DNA of 64,000 nucleotides from contig JBHGNT010000010.1 in the NCBI GenBank assembly GCA_043228905.1, forward strand, positions 5,580,001 through 5,644,000. Direction: 5' to 3'. The first letter of the stretch is position 1, and every line of letters begins with the position of its first letter. Source of the DNA: Azolla caroliniana. Its lineage: Eukaryota > Plantae > Polypodiophyta. A model generated the notes under the pieces. It saw nothing but the letters and a program-made list of their open reading frames with translations, made no database searches and was not told where the DNA came from. The position numbers and the translations under genes are program-made. Positions 1-12,055 of the stretch are shown in pieces.

Positions 1-2962
1 TGCTTCATTGAGGATGAGGGCGAAGTCATTGCGCAAGGGCGCAGAGACGGGAGGATGTTTATCCTCAACACGAATGACCTTGGCACCGCTCTATTCGCGA
101 ATTGACAGAAGGTCGAGTCGGACATCGACCTGTGGCACAAGCGGATAGGCCACGTCAACTACCAGAGGCTTCAAGACCTGCAAACGAAACAAGTCGTTTT
201 CGGTTTGCCGAAGTTCAGCGGCTGGAGAGCCGAAATTTGTGAAGCCTGCCAACTTGGGAAGCAACACCGGCTTCCATTCCCCACCGAACGGAACCGGAGC
301 CGTAACAAGCTCGATCTCATCCATTTGGATGTGTGGGGACCGGCACAAAGTGTAAGCCTTGGCGAGAGCCGATACTTCGTCTCCTTCATCGACGACTATA
401 CTCGACATACTTGGATCTACCTATTGAGCGGAAGAGCGAAGTCTTCGACTATTTCCGGAGCCTCCAGAAGATGGTCGAACGGGAATCGGAGAGGAAGATC
501 AAATGCCTTCGGTCGGATGGCGGAAAGGAATATTTTTCCGGCCAATTCACTAGTTATCTGCAGTAGAAGGGAATTCGGCGAGAGTTCAGCTGCAGATACA
601 CACCGGAGCAAAACGGTGTGGCCGAAAGGAAGAACCGGACACTCGTCGAAGCGGCAAGGGCAATGCTGGAGGAGAAGAGCATGCCCCGGTTCTACTGGGC
701 GGAGGCGGTCCAGACGGCCGTCTACATACAAAACCGCATTGGTGATAAGGTGTCAGCTAATGAGCTATATTTCGGGCGCAAGCCGAACTTAAGACACCTT
801 CGAATATTCGGCAGCATAGCGTATGTGCATGTACCGGATCAGAAGTGGAGAAAGCTGGATGCAAAATCGGAAAAATGCATCCTAGTCGGCTATGCTCAAG
901 AGCAAAAGGGGTATAAGTGCTATAACCCCCGGACGAAGGAAGTCCGAGTTAGCCGGGATGTCGAGTTCGACGAATCGGCATCGTGGTACTCCATACCGAC
1001 TCCGACTTCCGATCCTGACCCAATGCCGGAAGATTAGGCCAGTGAGCCTAAATCAGCCCTAGCAGAGGATGACGAAGCCGGAACTCAAGATGAGAGTCCG
1101 GAATCGTTACGGTTAAGTGGACCGAACGAGCGACTGAGTCGGTTGGACCAGTCGGATGATGAGACGGCAAGTGGTGGAGACTCTATCGTGCTCTTCCCGC
1201 GCAAGGAACCGAGGAAACGGTTCACGCGCAAAGAGAAGGGGAAGAGGAAGATGTCGGATCGGTGCGTATCCGACTCCGGGAAGGAGAAAGGCAAATCTTC
1301 GGTAACGAAGACCGAACTGGCCAAGAAGGGCCTCAAATCAGGTGACGGTGCGTTGTGCCGATCAACCCGCCAGAAGGATCCCGTCATACGGTACGGATAC
1401 AATGAATACATGGCGCATCATTATGCGTACATGACTAAGGTGACAGAAGTGTGTGAGCCGGAGAGCTACGTAGAAAGGGCAAAGGACGCAAATTGGCGTG
1501 CCGCTATGGACGAAGAAATGCGGGCGCTCGATGCCAACGAAACTTGGGACCTAGTTGATCCTCCCCGTCACTGTAAACCGATCGGATGCAAGTGGGTGTA
1601 CAAGGTCAAGTACAACGCCGACGGTTTTGTTAACCGGTACAAAGCCCGGTTAGTGGCGAAGGGATACGCGCAGACCCACGGAATCGACTACGATGAGACC
1701 TTCGCTCCTGTGGCGAAGATGACGACGGTTCGTGTGGTACTGGCGGTTGCTGCGGCAAGGGGGTGGCATCTTCACCAGATGGATGTGAAGAACACCTTCC
1801 TTCAAGGAGAGCTTGAAGAAGAAGTCTTTATGACTTAGCCCCCCGGATTTCAATCGGAGATGAACAAGTCGGCGCTATGCCGACTGAAGAAGTCGCTTTA
1901 TGGCTTGAAGCAAGCCCCCCGAGCTTGGAACGCGAAGATCATGCACCGGTTGCGTAAGCTGGGGTTTGCTGTCTCTAAGTCGGACTCTTCGTTGTTCATC
2001 CGGCAAGGCTCTGACGGTCCGGTATGTATACTCTTGTATGTGGATGATTTAGTCATCACCGGACCGGGTCTTCCCGAAATCAACCGCGTCAAGTCCCAGT
2101 TGTCAAACGCATTCGAAATGAAGGACCTGGGGGACCTTCATTATTTTCTTGGGCTCGAAGTGATCCAGACCCCCGACGGCATATTGCTCTCACAACGACA
2201 TTACGTGTTGAATATGCTGTATAAGTTCGGCATGACGGATTGCCGACCTGTCTCCACACCCCTGGACCGGAACCAGAAGCTCCGTCCCAACTCCGGACCG
2301 GCCTGCAATGAGAAACGGTTCCGACAGGTTGTCGGAAGCCTGATCTACTTAACCATCACCCGACCCGACATCAGCTATCCGGTCGGGATGGTAAGTCAGT
2401 TCATGCAGGAGCCGACCGTGGAGCACCTTCAGTGCACGCAACGAATATTACGGTATGTCAGCGGCACTAAGGACCGGGGACTGCTATACCGGCGAGGTAT
2501 ACCCGAAGAGCTCGTCGGTTACACAGATGCTGACTAGGCCGGCGATGCGTCTGATCGCCGCTCCACTTCCGGATACATGTTCTCCATAGGTAGCGCGGCC
2601 GTTGCGTGGAGCGGCAAGAAGCAGCCGACAGTGGCTTTGTCAAGCACTGAGGCTGATTACCGGGCCGCTACCGTTGCCACTTGTGAAGCCATCTGGCTTC
2701 GGCGACTGCTGCGAGACTTACGAATCGAGGTACCGACCCCGATCCCGATTTACTGCGATAACATGAGCAGCCTGCAGCTCGCCAGGAACCCTGTGTTCCA
2801 TGCTCGCACAAAGCACACCGAGGTGCACTACCACTTCGTGCGTGAGCGGGTACTGAGCGGTGAAGTTGACCTACGGTATGTTCATACGGATCGGCAAGTT
2901 GCCGACATCTTCACCAAGCCACTCGGATCGGACAAGTTGCAGCACTTTACCGACATGCTTGG
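1..2962 (+). mobile_element. Decayed Ty1/copia pol (GAG-pre-integrase, integrase, RT, RNase H); runs off the window start, 3' LTR missing
   Basis: ORF fragments carry LDLIHLDVWGP and SDGGKEY (integrase), [16 protein letters not shown] and LYVDD (RT), and [19 protein letters not shown] (RNase H), broken by stops and frameshifts. Homology ends at ...FTDMLG (~2962). Confidence 0.93.
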
Positions 2963-3377
2963 ACAATGGCCTAACACAGGGTGTTTATGGGAGACACTTC
3001 ACCAAAGGGTGTTACGGCAACCGGATTAGACTTCAACGCTTAATCCTACTTGATTAAGTTACTTATTATGATCGTCTTTCATAACACACGCGTAAGATAT
3101 AACAATTAAGACAGAACAACAATTAACACAGAGATAGCAACGCTTAAGCTTTCAATAATTAACCGCTAACTATTACATTGTATCCGGGCCTTTAAATAGG
3201 TTTCCGGTCTGTATTACAAAATGGTGCCATCCGCACCTGTTCGGGATCGGTCCGGATCCGGAACGGCATACCGTTTCCGGTCCGTCCATCCACACTCATA
3301 GCTTAATTACAACCACATTCCTATTACTTAATTAGCTCTCCGTTTCCCACTCTGGACTCCTTTGCCGGCCGGTAACA
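2963..3377 (-). mobile_element. Probable truncated LTR fragment in reverse orientation
   Basis: Non-coding block between the copia and gypsy coding regions. It ends ...ccggtaaca (TGTTACCGG on the - strand) and has a TATA-like motif (tttaaatag). The left end is not recognisable. Confidence 0.45.
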
Positions 3378-4760
3378 GGACCGAGAGCAAGTGGGATTCC
3401 TGCTGGAGACCGATGACGGCCTAACAACCGATTGGGCCGTGGTAAAGAGAGTCTACGGCCGTTTTGACAAACGGCGTGAGTGCGTCGATAAAGGCTTGAC
3501 GGGTGCGGGTTCTGTTGCGACAAGGAAGGTTGAGGTACCCCCGCCGGCACGAAGGGAAGAGACCCGAGACTGGCTCGAGACCAGCTCGACTTCGACCAAC
3601 ATGGTCAAAGGCTCGTACAGAGGAGCAACTCAGATTGCACAAGCAAGGAGGGACGGCGGCGAACAAGTCCGTGACCGAAGGCCTCCGGCTGGGAACCGGT
3701 GCTTGTGGTGCGACGCGGTCGGCCATGCCCAAAAGGACTGCGGGGACTTCGCCAAAGCGATAAGAGCTAACGTGGTGTACATATGGAACGGTCGGGTGCA
3801 CGCTAGTGAGACCCGAAGGGCCTTGGATCTGAATGTCGGACGAGGGGGTATGAAACGGCTGATGGAAGAAGCGGCGGCTCGCCACGCGGAGACCGTCCAC
3901 TACTCGGCGTCGTCTGGAATCTGGGTCGGAAGTGATGAAGTCCGGAAAATGAAGAACTCCGGGTTCTGGCCACTGATGCTGGAAGGCCTAGCCAGCGTAC
4001 GACTAAGGAAAGAGGAAGCGGACCGCGCGGAAAGATGGGTCCAAGAGGTAACCAAGTGGAGAAGACGGGCTTCATGGAAGCCGCGTACCAGAACTACGAG
4101 GTTCTGGTGGAAGACAAGTGCATGGGAAAGACCGGGGGGACCGGACCCTCACAACAGTATGAGACCCGGTTCGGGCTGAAGCAGAATGATGTTGGTGCAT
4201 CCGGCGCACCGGACAAGGCCAAGAAGGTTGGTTATCGGTTGAGCACAGAGATCGAAAGGAAAACGGACCTATGAAAGGTCTTGGAGGAACGGATCCTTGA
4301 CAGCGAAGTGGAATTGTCGCTGAGGGAAGTGCTCGATATCGCCAAGAAGGAGTTCCACGACTCCATCGTAGCCTTGGTGAAGTGGAAAAGGCTTTTGACG
4401 GAGCCGGAGCCGGAGAAGCCGGTGGAGGTGCGAACGACGCACCTAGAAGACATGGCCCTGGAGAACGAATTGGCGGAAAGCCACTACTCGAGGCTACATT
4501 GGGCTAGGGCCACTACGGAAACCCCTGTTCGGATCGGGGACGTCTAGGAGCCGGTGGTGGCGTTGGTAGACCACGGTTCGGAGATCAACTTGATGTCCAT
4601 GGACTTCTACAAGAAGGGGAAGTGGCCAATCAACACCAAGCACGGGTGGAAAATAGAGGCAGCAATGCGTGCCACGGAAGAGCTACATGGAGCCTGCCCG
4701 AATGTACGAGTGAAAATCGGCGATGTCGAGATTGATCAACACTTCTTCGTGCAAGAGACG

Positions 4761-5196
4761 TCCTCGCATCCGGTGATACTCGGAGAACCGTACATCATGG
4801 CGGTGCGCATGGAGACGAAGGTGATGGACAACGGTTCAGCGTATGCCCGAGCCAAAAGCCAGGATGGGCGTCACTCGGTCTAGTTCTTGACGGTGCGACC
4901 AAACCATGAGCGTAACCGCGAGACCCACGGTGGTGAAAGCCAAGGGGATTTTTAGAGAGGGCTATCAAGGCATCTGGTGATACTATCCTCGCATCCGGTG
5001 ATACTCGGAGAACCGTACATCATGGCGGTGCGCATGGAGACGAAGGTGATGGACAACGGTTCGGCATATGTCCGAGCCAAAAGCCAGGATGGGCGTCACT
5101 CGGTCCAAATCCTTACGGTGCGACCGAACCATGAGCATAACCGCGAGACCCTCGGTGGCGAAAGCCGAGGGGATTTTTAGAGAGGGCTATCAAGGC
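4761..5196 (+). repeat. ~225-bp tandem duplication of the protease C-terminus inside the gypsy element
   Basis: tcctcgcatccggtgatactcggagaacc... starts at 4761 and again at 4986. Both copies end ...gggatttttagagagggctatcaaggc. Confidence 0.9.
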
Positions 5197-8100
5197 GTGG
5201 GGCCGCGATAGTCCGGACACCCCGGAAAAACCCCACATATGTACTATAGGCAAAAAGACCTGCACCATAGGTAAGAAATTTTGGTTCTCCGATAGCGGAG
5301 GCTGTACGATAGTCGGCGTAGTTGGCCGGGAAAAGAAGTGGGCGGAGGAGCGAATTCGAGCATACGGAGTCCTCGACCCTGAAGAGGAAATCAACGGAGC
5401 TGTTGAGGCGTTCTCTTTCGACGACACCTTGGGGAAGTTACGGGAGGTGTTTGAAGAAGGCCTTAATGAGGACCGGACGATTCTGGTATGTTCGGAAAGG
5501 ATGTACGAAGTCATCGCCGACTTCGGTAATGGACTCGAGTCGGATCGGACTGCCCGAGTGGATACAAAGTACAAGACTGTGAACCGGAAGGTGAGGCCAA
5601 TCGCGGCACCCTTGCCGGAGGACAGCGAGTTACGGATAAAGGGGGTTGCGTCGGACCCAAGTTTACGAGATCCGGCCAGCATAGGACACATGTTCACCGA
5701 CATAACGCTACGGGAGCTCAAGATCGGTGGGGGTGGCTTTCTATTGCCGGTGGAAGAGGACCGGTTTCGGAGAATGCTCGGGAGGCACGGGAAGGCTTTT
5801 GCATTCTCACCGGACGAGATCGGGTGCATAGACTCAACGGTTGTGGAACCAATGGTGATCTTCACGATACCGCATGTGCCGTGGAATCTCAAACCGATTC
5901 CAGTACCCAGAGCTCACATCTCGAAGCTGATGGAGCTGCTAAAACAAAAGGTGGAGATGGGCATCCTCGAACCATCGAGTGCCCCATACTCGAATCAGTG
6001 GTTTACCGTGCCAAAGAAGAACGGCACGTTGCGCTTTATTCAAGACTTGCAGCCGGTCAACAAGGTGACCATTCGGAATGTAGGAATCAGACCGACCATA
6101 GACGAGTTCGTGGAGGCCTTTGCCGAAAGGTCGATTTACTCAGTAGTGATCTGTACTCGGGGTACGATCAGTTCCAACTAGTCGTGGAGAGCAGGGACAT
6201 TAAGACGATGCAGACTCCTCTCGGCCTAATGCAGATGTGTACCCTCCCGCAAGGAGGGACGAACTCGGTAGCCCACATGGTGAACACAATGAACAAAGTG
6301 CTGAGGGATTGTATCCCGGGCATCACCATGCCATTTTTAGATGACATCCCGATCAAAGGATGCCCGGTGGAGGAAAAGGACGAGACAATCGGACCAGACG
6401 GATGTCGGAAATTCATGGCGGCTCACGTCGATGACTGCGAGAAGGCACTGCAAAGACTAGAAGGTGCGAGGCTCACCTTCTCCAGGGAAAAATTGGCCTT
6501 CGAGCAATCGGAGATCATGGTCATCAGACACCTATGCGGACCATATGGTCGGAAACCGTCTCCGGCCAAGGTGGAGGCCATCTTCGCAATGAAGCAAGAC
6601 TACAATTCGGTTACGGAGGTTCGGAGATTCCTGGGAGCATGTGCGTTCTACCATATCTGGATCCCGCATTACGCCCACGTCGCGGAGCCGCTCTATGGGT
6701 TGCTGAAGAAAGGGCATAAATTCGAGTGGAGAGACGAGCATACGGAGTCGGTCCGAAAGATGAAAGAAGCACTTGTCGCGGCACCAACGCTCCGAAAGGC
6801 TATCTACGGCAAAGACACTCTGATTTACGTGACCGTAGACACGAGTCTGACCGGGATCGGATGGGTGATCAACCAAGAGGATGACAATGGCGTGAGGTTC
6901 CCCATCCGGTTCGGCGCGAAAGTTCCTAGTGAGCGACAATGAGGATACGCCCAGGTTAAACACAAACTTTGGGGTATCGTTTCGGCGATCAAGGCCGATA
7001 AAGACTACCTGATCGGGACAGAGGTGATAATCGAGACGGACTGCCTTCCGATTCTCGGCATGGTTTCCGGATGCGCAACGTTGGACCTAGCAATGCTCAG
7101 GTGGATAGCGTACATCAAGTCCCTGAATCCGGAAATACGACACATTTCCAGAAAAGACAATGCCATGGCCGACATGCTTTCGAGAGCGAGGTTCGATGAC
7201 GAGGACGACATGGTTTTGGAGGACGAGGAAGTCGGCGTGGACTTCTTCGAGGCGGCTTACGTAACAACAAGAAAGGGGAGCACTCCGATGCTTAACGAAT
7301 TCGACGAGAGCAAGTACGATGGGGAGTGGCTCCAGATCGGCGGGTTCCTAAAGACAACGACACCGGACGCGGCGTGGACGAAAGAGGAGACCAACCGGAT
7401 TCGGAAGAAAGCGTACCGATTCTTCCTACGGGATAGGAGCATATGGAAGCACCCGAAGAAGAGAAATGACATCCCGCTCCGAGTGGTGGCGAAGAAAGAG
7501 GAACAAGAAGAATTGCTTACGACATACCACGGGAGTCCCTGGGCCGGACACTGTGGGACGTGGGCCACATTCGAGAAGCTAAAGGGGAAGTATTAGTGGT
7601 CGGGACTATACCGGGACGTGCAATGGTTCGTGACAACTTGCGAAAGCTATCAGGTGCACTCCATAGTCTGACATCGGGACGAGCTTCACCCGACCTACCC
7701 TTCGACCGTCCACTTCAAGTGGATGGTGGATCTGGTGACAATGTCGATGGGGGTAGGGCAGATGAGGTATCTGGTGCTGGCTCGGGAGGACCTGACGAAC
7801 CAGGTGGAAGGCCGAGCGTTGCAGAACAAAACGACCGCGGCCGTGTGCCGATTTCTGATCGAAGAAGTGGTATGTCGGTACGGGTGCGTAGGTAAGATTG
7901 TGGCCGAGCGCGGAGAATTGAACGCGCAAGAGGCAGAAGAGTTGTTTGACCAGCTAGGGATTAAACTCTCGCTCACCACAGCGTACAATCCGGAGGCTAA
8001 CGGGAAGGTGGAACGCAAACACTGGCCGATCGTCAAAGCGTTAGTTCAGGCGTGTGGAGGCCAAGTCGGGAATTGGTCGCGGCTCTTACCCTATGCGTTG

Positions 8101-8733
8101 TGGGCGGACCGAACTACACACAGTTCGGTAACCGGGTTCATGCTGGCAGAGCTAATGTACGGGCAGAAGCCGATCATGCCAATGGAGCAGACAATCTCCT
8201 CATGGGCCGCGGTGGATTGGAAAGACAAGATGATCCGGGAGGAGCTATTAGCGGCACAGATTTGGCAGCTGGAGCGAAGACCAGAGGACATGGACCGAGC
8301 CGCGGAGAAGCTTCGGGTGGCGAGGGTAAAGAACAAAGGACAGTTCGACCAGACTCACCGACTGAGATTGAAGAAGATCGAGGAAGGCGACTGGGTTCTA
8401 GTGTATGACACCAGCCTCGACAACCAGCACGGGGCAATGCAGAAGTTTGCAAGAAGGTGGTTCAGGCCTTATGTGGTGACAAGCGCCAATGACAATGGGA
8501 CCTACCACGGAGCTCAACGAGAAGAGGATGGCGGTATCGATGGCTGGGAAAAGGATCAAACCATTCAAAAAGCGGCACGAGGCTGAATCGGACCCGGACA
8601 ACCTGGATGGCGACAACGATCGGCTCGGAACGGATGTTGATCCGAAAGACAAAGGATAAGCGTGCGCCGGTCTTCCCCGGCAAGAGTCTAATTTTGGCAC
8701 ATACCGGTGGATGCGCAGTTAGGTGGGGGCGGA

Positions 8734-9148
8734 TGTCGTGGAGAAAACCGTCCCTAGGCGGAAACCGAGTATAATGTGCGTAAACCGGCCCTTACACGTG
8801 GGCACAAGTTTTGTTGTATAGTACGTAGATAGGTACAAGTCGACTGAGGTGAATTCCTAGGTAGCACACATTCATTAGGGAGAAAATCGAGGTGTATTCC
8901 TGTCCGAAAGGACAAGGAATAAACATGATGTAACGGGTGGTAACGGCCTCCCTCCTTCGGCTATAAAAGAGAGGGAGAGGTATTGTAAATGGATTGCGTT
9001 TTTTTTTGTGGAGGACGAAGTGATGCCGGACTGGAACCGAGCTCTTCTCCTCTGTCATCTCCATAGTCGTTTTGTGTAGGTTTTCGGGAGGCTGACTCTG
9101 CTACGCGGAACGCCCGAGTTTTTCCGGCAGAGTCTCCATCTCGCATTC

Positions 9149-9201
<53 letters not shown>

Positions 9202-9437
9202 GCGTCGGAGCCTATCACTCGCCGGCTTGCCGGTTGTAACTCCTTGGTTTATATATACATATACGTTCTTTCTGTCTCGATTGTTCAGAGTTAGTTGCAA
9301 CGCCTATGAATCTGTATGTCTGTGCGCGTGTGAAGTACATCGGTAGTTTCCTTCCCCTCTTCTCATTCGGTTATTTCTCGGTTCAAGGCCCCCGTGGTCC
9401 CGCCTCGTTCTCCATGCACACGCGTAACAACGCGACA
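8734..9437 (+). repeat. 3' LTR of the gypsy element, with an internal (TG)n microsatellite
   Basis: Termini TGTCGTG...CGCGACA directly after the PPT; tataaaa near 8962; (TG)n at ~9152-9198. Confidence 0.85.
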
Positions 9438-9872
9438 ACGTGGAGGCTTCTTCTACACCGAGAAGACGTTCGGGGAACGAGGAGCGTACACTGGCTACAA
9501 CCCGGTAGACGTAGACGTAGCTAGGATTATGAGTACGGGGAGAACACACAGATGAAGGAACAGTAATAGGGAGATTTATATTAAATGAGAAAGCTCACAA
9601 TGAATACAGTACACGGTTGTCGGCCGGAAACAGTTTTGTGCAGAGCTAAGTTCTACTATGTTAATCCTGCTAATAATCTAGGTATATCTCTCTCTTCCGA
9701 GGTATGCAGGTCTCAGCTTATATAGTTTTCTTCTTACATAGAGCCGAGCCGTCGGCTGATTGTGAGGGGCTCAAAAACTCGACTAATTTAGTTCTACCTA
9801 TTTCCTCACCTACTTTTCTACCTACCATCAAGTTACATATTTTGTAATTACATTTCTAGCCTATGGACAACA
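9438..9872 (-). mobile_element. Partial LTR (reverse) interrupted by the gypsy element
   Basis: Ends ...ctatggacaaca (TGTTGTCC on the - strand). Non-coding, with a TATA-like ttatatag near 9720. Confidence 0.5.
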
Positions 9873-10035
9873 CTCACCTTGTACTTCTCTCTATATAGTG
9901 GAATCTTTGTTCTCGTGGTTTTTCCCCGTTTAGGGTTTCCACGTAAATCACTGTGTACTATGCATTTGCTATTCCACGTGCGTTGTGTATTTCCGAGTTA
10001 GTCTTTCTCACAGATCTGAGGTTTGATCCTCAACA
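9873..10035 (+). mobile_element. 3' (U5) part of a Tork-like copia LTR
   Basis: ctcgtggtttttccccgtttagggtttccacgtaaatcactgtgt resembles the reverse complement of the LTRs at 57194 and 63148. It ends ...tcctcaaca. Confidence 0.65.
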
Positions 10036-10654
10036 CAATGAATATATGGGCTCATTAGTCAAATGGGGTCATGCTTATGGACTCCACACATATGACTATG
10101 TGATAACTATTATTGGTTCGAAACGCACCAATCACAAAACTTCCACATCACACAATGTAGCCAACTTATATGCTTCCATATCACATACAACAAGAATTTT
10201 GGGTTCTCTTTCTCATGCCTCGAACACATCAATAATCATCATCTTTTTAGGGATGGGTAGGTAGGAAAAGTTTGTATGTTTGATTGGATTGTGGGATCTG
10301 CTCAAAACATGCTCGATATATTCTTGTCATGTGTGAGGCCATCTTTACCCCTTAAGAAGTTGAAGCTATCACAAAAGGGACACTCTTTGTGTCCAACTTT
10401 AAGTGTTTTGGCCTGGCATATGTACTTACCCCCTCCCCTTCCTTTTCCTCAAGAAATCAATGTTCGCCACACTAACAGGACACTTGAAAATTTCAATCAA
10501 ATATTTCCATCTGTGATAATATAATATATGTAAATTGAAGAAGTTGTTTAGGATTTCCCAAAAGACCATCTCACATTCATATATATATATATATATGTAT
10601 ACCTTGCATTTTTTTTTTAAATTCTCAAAATAAACTCTCTCTCTCTCTCTCATG

Positions 10655-11410
10655 GCCATGGAAAGGGTTGTTGAATACATGCTTAAGGTTCAAAAAGCCC
10701 CTCACATCGACTTCTTAGAATTGCATGGGAAGCAAGCAAAAAGATCCAAAAGACGCATAAAAGCAAATTTTTGTGTTCCAGTTGGATGCAAGATTTAGAA
10801 AAATGGTTTGGTAGATGGGTTGCAAGACACTTGCTTCATGATGCGTCACTAGATTCCTCTATAAATGAGGCCTTTTTGCAACGCCAATGTATCATGACAT
10901 GGGACAAATGTGGTGGCTCACACTTCACACATTATACTACAAATGTTGCACCTAACTACAAAACCATATTCTTCGCCGAACGGGGAAGCCGTACACATTG
11001 ATACATGTTAGAGCCCATCCCGATATCCACCATTCGAACCATTGCTGCCATGTGACTTAGCTCACACACATTGAGATGTGAGACGGGGCGTTGGGGCACA
11101 AGTGATGAGAGTGGCCGACTATGCACACTTTGCCCTAAACAAGTTCGAGAGTCTGAGTATCACACTTTGATACAATGCTCTACCTTTGATCCTATTCGAC
11201 CATGCTTTCCACATCTCTTCGATCGAGCCCAATCCTTGCATGAATTTCTCTCACAACCACGATGTGCACTCTTGATTGCAACATTCGTTGGTAGAGTTAT
11301 TGAACATCGAGAGTCGTTACTCACCTTCACACGTATCGCGTGAAATGTAATATTTTTGGTCTCATAGGTCATATTTGACCTCCAAAGACGATAATATAAT
11401 CTATCTATCT
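10655..11410 (+). mobile_element. 3' fragment of a non-L1 LINE (RTE-X/L2-like ORF2 C-terminus)
   Basis: LSSHTLRCETGRW...RLCTLC...ESEYHTLIQC matches the C-terminal Cys motif of such LINEs. A short (CTAT)n tail follows. Clade assignment is tentative. Confidence 0.65.
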
Positions 11411-11424
11411 CTCTTCTTCAATTT

Positions 11425-11816
11425 TTTTCGTAAATGATGGCTTTCATTATGAAAGAAAAAATACCACCATGACTAACTTACTACAAAGTATAGAACCCTT
11501 GTACCTAGGGATCTAAAGACTACTACGACTCCAAACTCAATGCCACCCTACACACCAATTCAAATGGATATGATGATATGTGACTTTGTAGAGTTCTCTC
11601 TCTTCATTGCTCAGATTTCGTGACTTCTCTAGCATCGTCAATTGCCACAAAAGAAGTCCTTTTAACTTGAGAACATATTTTCTCACCCCAACTTGCGCAT
11701 CAAAAGTGAAGGCATTCCGCATATTCCAATTGAACCATAGTTCCCAATACCTCAAGTTCAAAAATAATTTGGGAATGAGGCATTGGTTCATTGTTCTCCA
11801 TATGTGCAAAAACCCA

Positions 11817-11820
<4 letters not shown>
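11425..11820 (-). mobile_element. 5'-truncated copy of the L1/Tx1-like 3' end
   Basis: Closely similar to 12052-12447 (atggctttcatt...ccaaactcaatgccaccctacacacc...aaaaccca). A (CT)n tract follows at 11821-11885. Confidence 0.8.
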
Positions 11821-11890
<70 letters not shown>

Positions 11891-12017
11891 AAGCACACAA
11901 TTATATTAATTCTATGTAAAATCCACTTAGTTACAACACTTCCTAGTCTCCCCTACTTATCATATGCCTATGTAAGGAGAGGGACATCCTATAATGCCAT
12001 TAAAAAACCTGAATATA

Positions 12018-12055
<38 letters not shown>

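Larger units (their letters stand above)
3378..9437 (+). mobile_element. Decayed Ty3/gypsy element (gag-PR, RT, RNase H, integrase, PPT, 3' LTR); 5' end lost
   Basis: Zn knuckle CLWCDAVGHAQKDC; protease ALVDHGSEINLM; RT DLYSGYDQF..PQGGTNS..PFLDDI; RNase H VDTSLTGIG; integrase AYNPEANGKVER; PPT aggtgggggcgga at 8721-8733. Confidence 0.92.

Noticed and set aside
5113-5892. 259-aa antisense ORF
   Set aside because: It is the shadow of the GC-rich gypsy pol frame and has no recognisable motif.
11537-11909. ORFs with (RE)n/(SL)n tracts
   Set aside because: These are translations of the (CT)n microsatellite plus LINE remnant.
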